64,000 bases of DNA, from assembly GCA_021108405.1 (NCBI GenBank), contig JAIOQW010000347.1, positions 18,486-82,485 of the forward strand, written 5' to 3'. This document shows, piece after piece, positions 29,275 through 40,046 of the stretch; within the stretch, counting starts at the first letter, position 1; each line of letters opens with the position of its first letter. This DNA comes from Methanosarcinales archaeon. GTDB lineage: Archaea; Halobacteriota; Methanosarcinia; Methanosarcinales; Methanocomedenaceae. The notes beneath the pieces were generated by a model, which worked only from the letters and a program-made list of their open reading frames with translations, was not told where the DNA came from and ran no database searches. The position numbers and the translations under genes are program-made.

Positions 29275-29910
29275 ATGTTAGAAATTATAGAAATGTTAGG
29301 CATAGGATTCAGCGTAGGTCTTACAGGTGCACTGTTACCTGGGCCTATGCTGTTTGCTACTATTGAATCATCTTTTAAACAGGGATGGACCAGTGGTCCG
29401 AAAGTAGTTTTCGGACATGCTGTGATCGAGATCGCTTTATTTATAATTATAGTATCCGGGTTATCCTCATTTAAAACCCAGGAGACTATACTATGGATAT
29501 CGATCATAGGTGGAGTTGTTCTGGTCATCTTTGGAATATTAACAATCAAAGAAGCAAAACATGCATCTCTCACAGGTGGTAACACCATATTTAAAAGTCC
29601 CTTTGCAGCCGGATTCATCACATCTATCTCTCATCCGTATTTCTGGCTCTGGTGGTTGACAATCGGGGCCGGATTAATTTTAATGGGACTTGAAATCAGT
29701 CTTATTGCAGCAATAATATTTCTGGTAGGTCATTTTGCAGCAGATCTAAGCTGGTATACACTGGTCTCTACTACTGTAAGCCAGGGAAAGTCGTTGATGT
29801 CCGAAACAACATACCAGCATATCCTGGTTTGCTGTGGTATATTCTTAATATTATTCGGAATTTGGTTTATGACCAGTCAGGTGATCAGTATTCCCGCTTA
29901 CCTGAAATAA
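29275..29910 (+). CDS. LysE/RhtB-family amino-acid exporter
   Basis: 211 aa, six-TM layout, N-terminal GFSVGLTGALLPGPMLF motif typical of the LysE family. Confidence 0.7.
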   Translation: MLEIIEMLGIGFSVGLTGALLPGPMLFATIESSFKQGWTSGPKVVFGHAVIEIALFIIIVSGLSSFKTQETILWISIIGGVVLVIFGILTIKEAKHASLTGGNTIFKSPFAAGFITSISHPYFWLWWLTIGAGLILMGLEISLIAAIIFLVGHFAADLSWYTLVSTTVSQGKSLMSETTYQHILVCCGIFLILFGIWFMTSQVISIPAYLK

Positions 29911-31012
29911 ATTCTTCAGTCATTAAATATGCTTCATCATCACTGTACTGCCTTGGCGGATGTTTCATAAAATAAGATGAAGGAGAATATAAAACTCCTC
30001 CTATGCCTCTTTCAAGACCGAGTTTGCAACACCGTATAGCATCTATTCCTACTCCTGCCGAATTGGGGGAATCTTCCACAGAAAGCCGCAATTCCAGTTC
30101 CATAGGAATATCGCCGAAGAGCTTACCTTCCATTCTGATAAAGCATACTTTATTATCCTTCTGCCATGGTACATAGTCACTTGGCCCTATGTGGATATTC
30201 CTATCTTCAAGCCTTTCATCAAGCACAGATTGGACTGCTTCAGTCTTTGATGTTTTCTTTGAACTGAGTCTAGTTCGATTTAGCATATTAAGAAAATCGG
30301 TATTTCCACCGGTATTTAACTGATATGTCCGCTCCAACTTGACCCCTCTCTTATTGAACAGGTCAGTCAAAGCTCTATGCGTGATAGTAGCTCCCAACTG
30401 GGCTTTCACATCATCACCGATAATCGGAAGACCTTTTTCTTTAAATCTATCTGCCCACACCTGGTCACTTGCTATAAAAACAGGTATATTGTTAATAAAA
30501 GCTATGCCTGCATCAAGAGCACATTCAGCATAGAACCGAGCAGCTTTTTCAGAACCTACCGGAATATAATTTAATAGGATCTCTACACCGGATTCTTTTA
30601 AAATATTAATGATCTCTTCTTTAGTGGACTCCTTCTTATCAGATGGAGAAAAGGTATATTCACTATCATAATTTTCCATATGTTCAGATATCCCATCCAG
30701 TATATTTCCCATCATTACCTTAACGCCCGTCAAAGGAATTTTATCACAGATTATTTTAGTGCAATTTGGTAACTCAAAAATAGCTTGGGAAATATCTTTA
30801 CCTACTTTCCTTTTATCAATATCAAAAGCAGCCACTACCTCAATATCATAAGGTTTATAACCACCAATATCCCAGTGCATCAATCCAATCGCATCATTAT
30901 TATTTTTATCTTTATAATATTCAATACCCTGAATAAGAGAACTTGCACAGTTCCCTATACCCACAATTGCAATTTTTATTTTTTTCACTGGTAATCGCCC
31001 GGATAAATTCAT
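29885..31012 (-). CDS. myo-Inositol-1-phosphate (inositol-3-phosphate) synthase, archaeal short type
   Basis: KIKIAIVGIGNCASSLIQGIEYY N-terminus, LNTGGNTDF and a SYFMKHPP-type C-terminus. The start may be GTG at 30988 rather than 31012. Confidence 0.85.
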   Translation of the reverse strand: MNLSGRLPVKKIKIAIVGIGNCASSLIQGIEYYKDKNNNDAIGLMHWDIGGYKPYDIEVVAAFDIDKRKVGKDISQAIFELPNCTKIICDKIPLTGVKVMMGNILDGISEHMENYDSEYTFSPSDKKESTKEEIINILKESGVEILLNYIPVGSEKAARFYAECALDAGIAFINNIPVFIASDQVWADRFKEKGLPIIGDDVKAQLGATITHRALTDLFNKRGVKLERTYQLNTGGNTDFLNMLNRTRLSSKKTSKTEAVQSVLDERLEDRNIHIGPSDYVPWQKDNKVCFIRMEGKLFGDIPMELELRLSVEDSPNSAGVGIDAIRCCKLGLERGIGGVLYSPSSYFMKHPPRQYSDDEAYLMTEEFISGKREY

Positions 31013-31100
31013 TTCAACCTTCTTCAGAAATGTTCACATCCTATATAAAAGTATGAATTCTATTCTCCATTATCTTACCTTATCAATGCCTTTTTTCTAG

Positions 31101-31172
31101 TATATCAAGTATAACTTGATATACTCAAGAAAATCCGACCGAAGGGAGGATTTTGTTCTTGTATATCAAGTA
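31101..31172 (+). repeat. Mosaic hairpin repeat, locus 9: M1-M6-(half M1)
   Basis: TATATCAAGTATAACTTGATATA C TCAAGAAAATCCGACCGAAGGGAGGATTTTGTTCTTG TATATCAAGTA. Ends 4 nt from the moeA stop. Confidence 0.9.
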
Positions 31173-31175
31173 AAT

Positions 31176-33083
31176 TCAGTCACAATCCACGAACTCGCCA
31201 GTCCTCTTATATGATGTTATTCCCGGAGGTAAACAACTCTTTAAATCATCACTACACAGTATATTTAAAAGATCACGCCCTATTTTACTCTCAACAAATG
31301 ACCGCTGCATGATAAAATCATATTCTTCATCCGCGAGGTGAATGAACTTCAGACCATTTGATTCTGCTACTGACCTGATGCCAATTCCAACATCTACCCT
31401 ATTCAGTTTTACAGCGGCTGCAACTGCACTATGAGTCCGCGCTTCGGTATCGTATCCATCCAGGTCACTGCAGATCTCATCGAAACCCACACCCAGTTCT
31501 TCTGCCAACTCGTGTAGCCTGTTATCTATCAATACCCTGGTTCCCGAGCCCCGGTTTCTATTGATCATTCTATGACCGGGAATATCCTCAAATCCATAGA
31601 TATCGCTATCGTGCCTGACTATAAGTCCCTGATCTCTCAGATAACCTTTAACAAGTACCGCATTTCTTATGCCAAAACTCTTAACAAACGAGATATTATA
31701 CACCCCTCCCTCATCCAGCAGATGTACGCCGCCCATATCCGCAACCCCATCTCTGACTGCTGTTAAGGCACCTGTACTACCTGCATTTATAGTTCTGACC
31801 TTGTAAGGTAAAAGGCGCGTCAGAGCTTCAAAACCCAGGCAGTGACTCCCTATAAATAAGATATCAGGTGATCTCACATCACCCATTAATGTTACTTCAA
31901 CTTCCTGTCCTGATGTGAGCATCTCTACGTTTGGATCAATCTCAATAAAACCGTCTGCATAAGCCAGAGTAGTTATAGCACCGGATCCTTTATCGACCGG
32001 ATAAGCCTGTCCTCTCACCAGACCTACGGGCAGCAACTGACGCCGTCCTACTGAGCGAAATTGAATTGCCATGCTGGCTGTTACTTTTGTTTTAGAGTCA
32101 GGTATTCCAAGACTATGCCTGATCATAGGAGCTGTGAACTCATTGAATATGGTAAGAGCTGATGTGGGATATCCTGGCAGTCCGAATACCGGTGTCCCAT
32201 TTATCATTCCTAATATTACCGGTTTACCTGGTTTGATATTAATACCATGAAGCAGCACCGTACCTTTTTCTTCAATGATCCTGTACATTACATCCCCAAC
32301 ACCTGCTGATGTACTGCCTGATGTTAATACCAGATGACACTCATGTACCGCCTTCTCAAGTATCTTTTCCATATCAGGGCGGTGGTCCCGGACAATCCCG
32401 TAATACTTTACATCTGCTCCACATTCCCTTGCAGCCGAACCCAATGAGTATGAATTAATATCATATACTTTACCAGGCGAAAGTACTGTACCAGGTGAGA
32501 TAAGTTCGGTACCTGTCGATATGATACCTACTCTTAAGTGTCTTACGTTTATACGGTCCACTCCTATGGCAGCCAATACACCTATCTCCCTGGGCGTTAG
32601 TCTGGTACCGGCCTCCAGTACTCTTTCCCCTATCATGATATCCGATCCTGCATGGATGACGTTCTCATTTATGGAAACGGGACGTACTATTGCTATACAG
32701 TCCGGATTTGGTCTGGTATATTCTACCATCACTACAGAATCAGCACCTTTGGGCATCATTGCTCCAGTTGAGATCTCTACTGCCGAATCTTTATCTACTG
32801 CCACTTCCGATAGAAAACCTGCATCTACTTTGCCATTTAGTGTAAGAAAAACGGGTCTGTCCTCTCTTGCAGAATATGTATCCTGTGCACGTACAGCAAA
32901 ACCATCCATAGAAGCACGATCAAAGCCAGGAACATCCTGATTGGAACTCACGTCTTGCGCCAGTATATGCCCCTGAACATCTTGTATGGCTAATTCAGTA
33001 ACCTCAACAGGTAGATGAATCTTGCTAATTATCCGCCTGGCCTCTTCGGATGAAATTAATGCCCTGAATTCTTTGCGATCCAT
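31176..33083 (-). CDS. moeA: Molybdopterin molybdenumtransferase MoeA fused to a C-terminal periplasmic-binding-protein-like domain
   Basis: The N-terminal ~400 aa carry the MoeA pattern (PGFDRASMDGFAV, LTSGSTSAGVGD, PGKP, GLPGYPTS). The C-terminal ~225 aa are PBP-like. Confidence 0.85.
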   Translation of the reverse strand: MDRKEFRALISSEEARRIISKIHLPVEVTELAIQDVQGHILAQDVSSNQDVPGFDRASMDGFAVRAQDTYSAREDRPVFLTLNGKVDAGFLSEVAVDKDSAVEISTGAMMPKGADSVVMVEYTRPNPDCIAIVRPVSINENVIHAGSDIMIGERVLEAGTRLTPREIGVLAAIGVDRINVRHLRVGIISTGTELISPGTVLSPGKVYDINSYSLGSAARECGADVKYYGIVRDHRPDMEKILEKAVHECHLVLTSGSTSAGVGDVMYRIIEEKGTVLLHGINIKPGKPVILGMINGTPVFGLPGYPTSALTIFNEFTAPMIRHSLGIPDSKTKVTASMAIQFRSVGRRQLLPVGLVRGQAYPVDKGSGAITTLAYADGFIEIDPNVEMLTSGQEVEVTLMGDVRSPDILFIGSHCLGFEALTRLLPYKVRTINAGSTGALTAVRDGVADMGGVHLLDEGGVYNISFVKSFGIRNAVLVKGYLRDQGLIVRHDSDIYGFEDIPGHRMINRNRGSGTRVLIDNRLHELAEELGVGFDEICSDLDGYDTEARTHSAVAAAVKLNRVDVGIGIRSVAESNGLKFIHLADEEYDFIMQRSFVESKIGRDLLNILCSDDLKSCLPPGITSYKRTGEFVDCD

Positions 33084-33123
33084 TTTATTCCACTATAATG
33101 TATATAGTAGGTTTACGTGAAAC

Positions 33124-36100
33124 TTATTCTTTCTTTCGTATAAACTGTACTACGATTAGCAAGATCAGTAAACTAATGAACAGACCCGGAGCAGGAATAC
33201 CTGTTTTTTCTTCAGTAGAGATATTATCAGCAGAAGTATCTGTATCAGTTGAAGATTCTTCCACTACTGTCGGATCAACAACCATACCTTCTTCACCAGC
33301 CGAACCTGTAAGGTTCGGTTTCCCGGTTACAGCAAAAGAAGAGAAACCTGGAGTTCCTGATTTATAATAAAAATTATTATCATCCTGATCTATCAAAGAT
33401 GTCTCAAGAGTATTCCAGGTCCCATTGCTGTACCTGTTCATTCGAATAGTTGTTTGATCTATATTGTTCGAAGTAATCCACGACTTTTCCACTTTGAATG
33501 AAATAGTTACATCAACGATATTTTTTGAAGTAGCCCAACCTGAGTTCCCCATCCAGATATTCAGGTTCTTATATACCATATCAGATAGACCATTGTTTAC
33601 CAGAGATGAAGTATTTTTAAGTATCTCAGTCTTTGTTGTGATTTGTCCTGAATTGGTCAAACCCGCGACATTGATACATTTTACTATGTTATCTTCCTTA
33701 TTGAATTCATAACATGTTTTCTGTCCTTTGCTAATGTATTCCCTAACATTCTCAATGATCAATATATTCTTATAATCCTCCCCGGAAGATCCGCCTCCAC
33801 TTGAACTACTTCCACTACCACTACCACTACCACTACCACTACTTCCACTATCACTACTTTCTTCTTTTCTTGTTACTGTAATTGTACTTGATGTTACCTG
33901 GTTGTCTTGATCAGTTACTGTAGCAGTAATGATGTTATCACCCAATGATAAGGGAACCTCTATTGAGTATGTTCCTGAATGATCCGAGATATTAAGATCC
34001 TGATAATATTGGTGTTTATTTACTGTTACAGTTACATTCATGGCTGAACCATTTCCGCCAACATCACCTTTAATATCAATCCAATCCGAAGTGCAACTAG
34101 ATCCATTAAAAGGAGATGTGATGTTGATGGATATTGGCAATTTTTCTACTATGTTGATTGTTAATTGATCGTTACTGGTCTCACCTGAAGTACCATTTGC
34201 ATCGATAGTGTAGTTAAAAGAACCTTCTGTTGTAGTATTTACCGGGATAAATAATATCTCACCACTATTATAATCCGTAGGGGAGACATGTGGACTGCCA
34301 TTTATTGATACCCGGTATTTATTGGGGGATTTATCGGTAATAACCCATATAATATTTGCAACAACACCCTGTTCAATAGATTGATCAGGTGGAGAATTTA
34401 TCACGGGAGGTAATGCTTTTACAATAATACGGACCGTATAGTTTTTTTCATGTCCCATTGTATCATTCGCAAAGATGACATAGTCCGAGGTACCTAATGT
34501 AGAAGAATTTATCGAGATATTAATATCGCTTTGGCTTTCATAAGATGTGGGATTAACAATTTGAGTGCCATTTCTTGATACCCAGTACTGATGCGGATTA
34601 ACATCTATTATAGATATAATAATTTTTTTTTCAATATCATCATCTTGCTTGATCGTTAGTTCTTCCGGTCCTGAAAAGTTTATAATTGGTGATGTTGTAT
34701 CCTGGATGGTTATTTCTACCTGGTCAGATGCATTATTCCCGGATTCATCCTCTGCAAAGATTGTATAATTCCAGGTACCCTGCACTGCAGTATCTATTTC
34801 AACTATAATCTCACTACCGTTATCATAAGATTCCGGAGGACGTACTTCTGAATTATTTCTTAATACATAACACTGTTTGGGATATAACTCACTTATAGTC
34901 CAGGTAATGTTGTATCCTGTGGAACCCTGTTCGATTAATTGATCTCCCTGTCCGGTTATTACCGGACGAGTTATATCAAGGGTACTATAGGTAGTGGAAT
35001 TATTCCACACTATATCATTACCTGCAAGATCTCTTACTGAAACATGTACGGTATGTGTACCCTCCTCCCGGGCAGTGATCATTCCTTTCCACAGACCATC
35101 TTCCTCAGTATAATTTAATTGGGTACCCTCGGATTCTACTCTGATAAAATCAATATCAATATCAACATCACCGACCCTAACTTTAACCTGTACCTCATCA
35201 CCTGTACAAGGTGTACTGGTACTCAGTGTCACATCGTCTATTACAGGTGATGATGTATTAAAAATATCTACTATAGCCTGTGCGATCTTTTCATGACCTG
35301 CCGAATTGAAATGTAAACCATCATCGGTAACGGATTCATCAATGACCCAGCAGTCCGAGTATGTCTCATGTCCTACATAATCCCTTGCATCTACCACAAT
35401 CGATGATGGATAGTTCCATGCAATTTCTATCAATTGATTATTTATATTAGTGATCTTATCTAATCTTGTTTGCGTCGTTTGTGATGGTAAAATTAACATA
35501 ATTACCGGAATGATAGAATTATTATGAGATTTTTGAATCATGGATTCCCAATTTTTAATAATATTTGTACTACTTATACCACGATTTACATCATTTATAC
35601 CACCTTCAATTAATACATAATTCGGTGATAAATCAATTACATCAGATTCAAACCTTTCATTAATTTGTGAAGTTATTTGTCCACCAATGCCCATATTTTG
35701 GTATGTCTTACCTACTTTCGTTGACCAATGATGCTCAATTGTCGTAGGAATATTAGTAATATCTTCAGTTACAATAAAAGAACAGTGTTCAAGATTTCCT
35801 GAAATTATTGAATCCCCGATAAAAACCATATGTGTATTTTCCATATATGGTTCTATTACAAAAATATAATCCTCAGGGGTTTGTATTTCCCACTGGAAAT
35901 CTTTTATGGGTTTTGCACCACCATCAACGTAATACGTCCTATGGTCTCTATTATTCTGGTCTATATATAGTGCATCTCCGGTAGCATTGATCCGATAGCC
36001 ATAAAAATCACCTTCGTGCACTCCTTCAATAGGTGGAAACAGGTCGATCTTATTGATATCATCTGAAGAAATATTATTAACTAAATTATCTGTAATACCA

Positions 36101-36387
36101 ATCCTTTCATATTCATCTCCGCTTTTTCTCCACACAGTAAAATAAAATTCTCTTAAGTTCGAAGCATTAGCTACATCAAATCGTATTTGATTAATTGTAC
36201 CTGTCTGTCTTATTCTGTCATTATGACCAGCTTGTATGAATTCCCTATCCAAACCGCCCCAATTTGCCGTATCTGATTGTTCTATATCCGAATAAGGTGC
36301 TGTTTTTGAAAATGCACTTGTTGAAGGGACTATACATATACTAATTAACAATAATAAAACCAAAAAGCCAGATGTTTTTCTATTCAT
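33124..36387 (-). CDS. Surface protein: SGNH/GDSL hydrolase domain + Ig-like repeats + Ser/Gly linker + PGF-pre-PGF + PGF-CTERM-like tail
   Basis: SGNH blocks FIGDSIISG, GGINDV and DGLHFNSAGH. Four repeated ~85-aa modules, SGSSGSGSGSGSGSSSSGGGSSG linker, tail PAPGLFISLLILLIVVQFIRKKE. Confidence 0.75.
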   Translation of the reverse strand: MNRKTSGFLVLLLLISICIVPSTSAFSKTAPYSDIEQSDTANWGGLDREFIQAGHNDRIRQTGTINQIRFDVANASNLREFYFTVWRKSGDEYERIGITDNLVNNISSDDINKIDLFPPIEGVHEGDFYGYRINATGDALYIDQNNRDHRTYYVDGGAKPIKDFQWEIQTPEDYIFVIEPYMENTHMVFIGDSIISGNLEHCSFIVTEDITNIPTTIEHHWSTKVGKTYQNMGIGGQITSQINERFESDVIDLSPNYVLIEGGINDVNRGISSTNIIKNWESMIQKSHNNSIIPVIMLILPSQTTQTRLDKITNINNQLIEIAWNYPSSIVVDARDYVGHETYSDCWVIDESVTDDGLHFNSAGHEKIAQAIVDIFNTSSPVIDDVTLSTSTPCTGDEVQVKVRVGDVDIDIDFIRVESEGTQLNYTEEDGLWKGMITAREEGTHTVHVSVRDLAGNDIVWNNSTTYSTLDITRPVITGQGDQLIEQGSTGYNITWTISELYPKQCYVLRNNSEVRPPESYDNGSEIIVEIDTAVQGTWNYTIFAEDESGNNASDQVEITIQDTTSPIINFSGPEELTIKQDDDIEKKIIISIIDVNPHQYWVSRNGTQIVNPTSYESQSDINISINSSTLGTSDYVIFANDTMGHEKNYTVRIIVKALPPVINSPPDQSIEQGVVANIIWVITDKSPNKYRVSINGSPHVSPTDYNSGEILFIPVNTTTEGSFNYTIDANGTSGETSNDQLTINIVEKLPISINITSPFNGSSCTSDWIDIKGDVGGNGSAMNVTVTVNKHQYYQDLNISDHSGTYSIEVPLSLGDNIITATVTDQDNQVTSSTITVTRKEESSDSGSSGSGSGSGSGSSSSGGGSSGEDYKNILIIENVREYISKGQKTCYEFNKEDNIVKCINVAGLTNSGQITTKTEILKNTSSLVNNGLSDMVYKNLNIWMGNSGWATSKNIVDVTISFKVEKSWITSNNIDQTTIRMNRYSNGTWNTLETSLIDQDDNNFYYKSGTPGFSSFAVTGKPNLTGSAGEEGMVVDPTVVEESSTDTDTSADNISTEEKTGIPAPGLFISLLILLIVVQFIRKKE

Positions 36388-36508
36388 AACTTAACTTTTT
36401 AAATTAGTATTATTTAATTCTTACGGAATTATATTTCGATTTCGAAAGAGTACTATGATCAAAAAGATCAACAACCCTGTAAATAGATTAAAACCCTGTG
36501 TTTTATTC

Positions 36509-37207
36509 TCACCACAATTTTTCCACTGGAATTGCCTGGTTATGGATACCTGTAGCAACCAGTGCACCTGAGATCCCTATATCACTTAATTGATCAAGAT
36601 CAGCCACATCCCGCACGCCACCTCCGAATATGATATCATGATCGGAATATGCAACTGCACTCTTAAGAAAATCAACATTGATGCCTGACTCCGTGCCTAC
36701 TTTTGTCAGGTCGATGATGATCAGGTCATTGATCGGATATTCATTGAGCTTCTTAACTGCTTCCAGTGGAGTGAATGACATCCTGGTATTAGTCAGGATC
36801 TTATTATCCATTATATCAATATTAACATGTATCCTGCCTACGTCTTTTAGCTCACATGCCTCCCCGATGACATCAAAGTCGGCATTCTCACACCCGATTG
36901 TCACAGTATCTGCTATCTCAAGTCCGGTTGATACATCTTGTGTGGTTTTGACACCACAACTAAGTATGGTTTTTGAGTACTGTGATACATTTTTAATAAC
37001 AGAATAATTATCACCTATTCCACGTATCAGGTTGAGGTCAGCGGCATATACTTCCTTAGGATGAAGTTCTTTAATAATATTAAGGGGATCTGATGTTTTA
37101 CAGACACAACTATATTCACCAATCGGAAGGTAATGTTCACGCTGACCGCGAAGTGCATGCACTACTAAACTATTGAATATATCCAGCACAAGAATTGTAC
37201 GCATCAT
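36509..37207 (-). CDS. HisA/HisF-family (beta/alpha)8-barrel protein
   Basis: 232 aa; ILVLDIFNSLVVHALRG... and ...IIFGGGVRDVADL...GISGALVATGIH follow the HisA/HisF phosphate-binding pattern. The specific function cannot be assigned from sequence alone. Confidence 0.55.
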   Translation of the reverse strand: MMRTILVLDIFNSLVVHALRGQREHYLPIGEYSCVCKTSDPLNIIKELHPKEVYAADLNLIRGIGDNYSVIKNVSQYSKTILSCGVKTTQDVSTGLEIADTVTIGCENADFDVIGEACELKDVGRIHVNIDIMDNKILTNTRMSFTPLEAVKKLNEYPINDLIIIDLTKVGTESGINVDFLKSAVAYSDHDIIFGGGVRDVADLDQLSDIGISGALVATGIHNQAIPVEKLW

Positions 37208-37253
37208 ATTATCAATTATTGTAACATGCTGCTTAAAGCATAAGTAGTTGTCT

Positions 37254-37414
37254 TTTTTATAGTATATCAGGCATAACTTGAGTTGAAAATACTTCGTATT
37301 TTCTAATCCTCCATTCCTCTGGAATATCAGACGAAGATTCTTCGAATCTTCTAATCTTCGGCTCTTTTAAGAGCCTCAGTCAAGAAAATCCGGGCGGAGG
37401 GAGGATTTTATTCC
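37254..37414 (+). repeat. Mosaic hairpin repeat, locus 10: M1(degenerate)-M2short-M3-M4-M5-M6
   Basis: GAAAATACTTCGTATTTTC / CCATTCCTCTGGAATA / GAAGATTCTTCGAATCTTC / CGGCTCTTTTAAGAGCCTCAG / TCAAGAAAATCCGGGCGGAGGGAGGATTTTATTCC. Confidence 0.9.
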
Positions 37415-37634
37415 CTTTAAATAAATAGATATTTAATCTCTAAAATCTATTTCGATATACTTATATATATCAACACTTATAATATTTAGTGTAAGGGTGG
37501 ATAAAACTTACTTGATACTCCTGGGATTCTAAGTAAAATACTCTCAGGCTTAATAATCCAGGAAAGTATTCGAGCATGTGATTTCGTAAGAGTATGTAAC
37601 TTTAATTTATATATACCTGAAGGAATAATAAGAT

Positions 37635-40034
37635 ATGAATATATCCATAGGTACAAAATTTGCTATCGGGATTTTATCTATTCTTTTATTCTCCTTTCTC
37701 TTTGCAGGAGGAGTTGTAGTGTATCTATTTAATAATATGGTACAGGACAACCTACAGCAAACTGTAGTCCAGGATCTTAATGCTGCTGATGTATTGTATC
37801 AAGATCATTTAATGCAAATAGAGGATACGATATACTATACTGCAAGTTCCCAACGGATATGTATTCCTCTTATTAATAACGATTCTAATTTGCTATATAC
37901 TAATCTTGTCAATATCTATAATGAAAGGTTCAAGTACAAACTTGACTTCATCACAGTTACTGACAAGAATGGTGTGGTTATAGTCAGGGCAGCAAATCCC
38001 ACAATTTTCCAGGACTCTATATATGATCATAATCTGATCTGGTCTGCCTTAAATGGTACGACAGTGTCATCTACCCAGATAATGACTGAAAAAGAGCTGC
38101 TTAAAGAACGTAAAATAATGGCAGATCAGTCATCTATGGAATTTAATAACACGCTAAATGTAAAATCCGGACCTGATAATATCTCAAACACATGCATGGT
38201 TATAATGGCAGCAGCTCCAATCAAAGACAATGAAGATAATGTCATTGGTGTATTGTATGGTGGTGACCTGATAAATCGCGATAATAAGATCGTAGATAAA
38301 ATACAGAATGCTCTATATCCTAATGAAAATTATAATAGCAATGATATAGGAGTAGTTACTATCTACCAGGATGATTTCAGGATATCTACTACTGTTCCCA
38401 CAGACACGAAAGAGCAGTCAGTCAGTACCAGAGTTTCAGAAGAAGTTCATGATGCCGTGTTAAATAAAGGAAAATACTGGGATGGCAGGGCATTTGTGGT
38501 AGATGAGTGGTACGTTACTGCTTATAAACCTATCAAAGATTTCGATGGAAATATTATAGGTATGATCAAAGTTGGTATCCTGGAGCAGCCGTATATTGAT
38601 AAAGGATATAAAGTACTGGGTATTTACCTTGTATATTTATTTTCAGGTTTTATATTATCAATTTTCTTAACCCGTTATTTTACCAAAACCATTACTAAAC
38701 CCATATATAAATTGACCAGAGGAACAAAGGACCTGGTTCATGGTAGTTTTAAAAGGATAAATATTAAAACAAATGACGAGATCGAAAAACTTGCTGATGC
38801 TTTTAATGATATGGCAATAGAACTGCAGAAGACAATGGGTAAACTTATTTCATCCAGGAATGAGATTGTAACAATGTTTGAAAGTATGAGTGATGTTGCT
38901 AGTGCCCAGGACATGAATATGAAGATCACTTTTGCTAATAAACTGGCAAAGGAGATATATGGTGAAGATATCATAGGCAAATTCTGTTATAAAGTATATG
39001 CATGTGAAGAAAAATGCTGTAAAAACTGTCCGGCTCTCGATTCAATTAAGACTACAAAGGTAACTCAAATAGTTCATAGAAGAATGAATAAGGAAAAATT
39101 TACCTCTTATTGTGAAATCACCTGTTCACTGCTAATAAATGAAAAAAATGATATTTCAGGCACTCTGATAATACGAAGAGATGTAACAGAGTCTAAAACA
39201 CTTGAGTATGAACTTAAGCAATCCTTTAATGACCTGGAAAGTGCCTATAAAGAACTTCAGCAAATTGACATAAAGAAATCTGAAATAGTCGCTAACTTTT
39301 CCCATGAGATACGCACTCCACTTACGGCTATTAAAGGTTTTTCAGAATTGATGATCGATGATACCTTTGGCATCACAACTGAAAAGCAAAAGAAATACCT
39401 GGCCGTAATAATACAAAATACTGATCGACTGACCAAATTGATAACAGATGTTTTAGACCTATCCAGAATGGACTCTAAAAATCTCGATATTACTACTATC
39501 AAACTGAATGATTTAATAAATATTATCAAAGCAGATTTTACCAAACCTGCTGTTAATAAACAGATCGAAATTTCAGTTGAGATCGAAGATAAACTGGTAC
39601 TTGAGGCAGATAATGACAAGCTTGCCAGGGTATTCACCAATCTATTGGAAAATGCTATTAAATTCACAGACAAGGGGGGTAAAATATCGATAAAAGCATG
39701 TCATAAGGGTAAAGATCAAATACATATTGAGATCAGTGATACTGGAATAGGGATACCTGAGGATGAACTTGAAAAAATATTTGATAGATTCTACCAGGTG
39801 GATGCAAGTAGTACACGAAAATTCGGCGGGACCGGTCTGGGTCTTGCTTTATCCAAAATAACAATTACCAGGCACAATGGTAAGATATGGGTCCATAGTG
39901 TGGTTGGGGAGGGAAGTAGCTTTCATATTATTCTACCAATCAAGCAGACTACAAATATTAATACACTTCAACAAACTCTTCTAATTACACACTTCGATTC
40001 ATCGAAGGGTTTAAATATCATCATCTACACATAA
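37635..40034 (+). CDS. Membrane sensor histidine kinase (extracellular Cache-like region, HAMP, Cys-rich PAS-like, HisKA, HATPase_c)
   Basis: Two TM segments flank ~300 aa. HAMP-like segment DEIEKLADAFNDMAIEL, H-box FSHEIRTPL, NLLENAIKFT, DTGIGIP, GTGLGLA. Confidence 0.85.
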   Translation: MNISIGTKFAIGILSILLFSFLFAGGVVVYLFNNMVQDNLQQTVVQDLNAADVLYQDHLMQIEDTIYYTASSQRICIPLINNDSNLLYTNLVNIYNERFKYKLDFITVTDKNGVVIVRAANPTIFQDSIYDHNLIWSALNGTTVSSTQIMTEKELLKERKIMADQSSMEFNNTLNVKSGPDNISNTCMVIMAAAPIKDNEDNVIGVLYGGDLINRDNKIVDKIQNALYPNENYNSNDIGVVTIYQDDFRISTTVPTDTKEQSVSTRVSEEVHDAVLNKGKYWDGRAFVVDEWYVTAYKPIKDFDGNIIGMIKVGILEQPYIDKGYKVLGIYLVYLFSGFILSIFLTRYFTKTITKPIYKLTRGTKDLVHGSFKRINIKTNDEIEKLADAFNDMAIELQKTMGKLISSRNEIVTMFESMSDVASAQDMNMKITFANKLAKEIYGEDIIGKFCYKVYACEEKCCKNCPALDSIKTTKVTQIVHRRMNKEKFTSYCEITCSLLINEKNDISGTLIIRRDVTESKTLEYELKQSFNDLESAYKELQQIDIKKSEIVANFSHEIRTPLTAIKGFSELMIDDTFGITTEKQKKYLAVIIQNTDRLTKLITDVLDLSRMDSKNLDITTIKLNDLINIIKADFTKPAVNKQIEISVEIEDKLVLEADNDKLARVFTNLLENAIKFTDKGGKISIKACHKGKDQIHIEISDTGIGIPEDELEKIFDRFYQVDASSTRKFGGTGLGLALSKITITRHNGKIWVHSVVGEGSSFHIILPIKQTTNINTLQQTLLITHFDSSKGLNIIIYT

Positions 40035-40046
40035 TACTATACCTAA

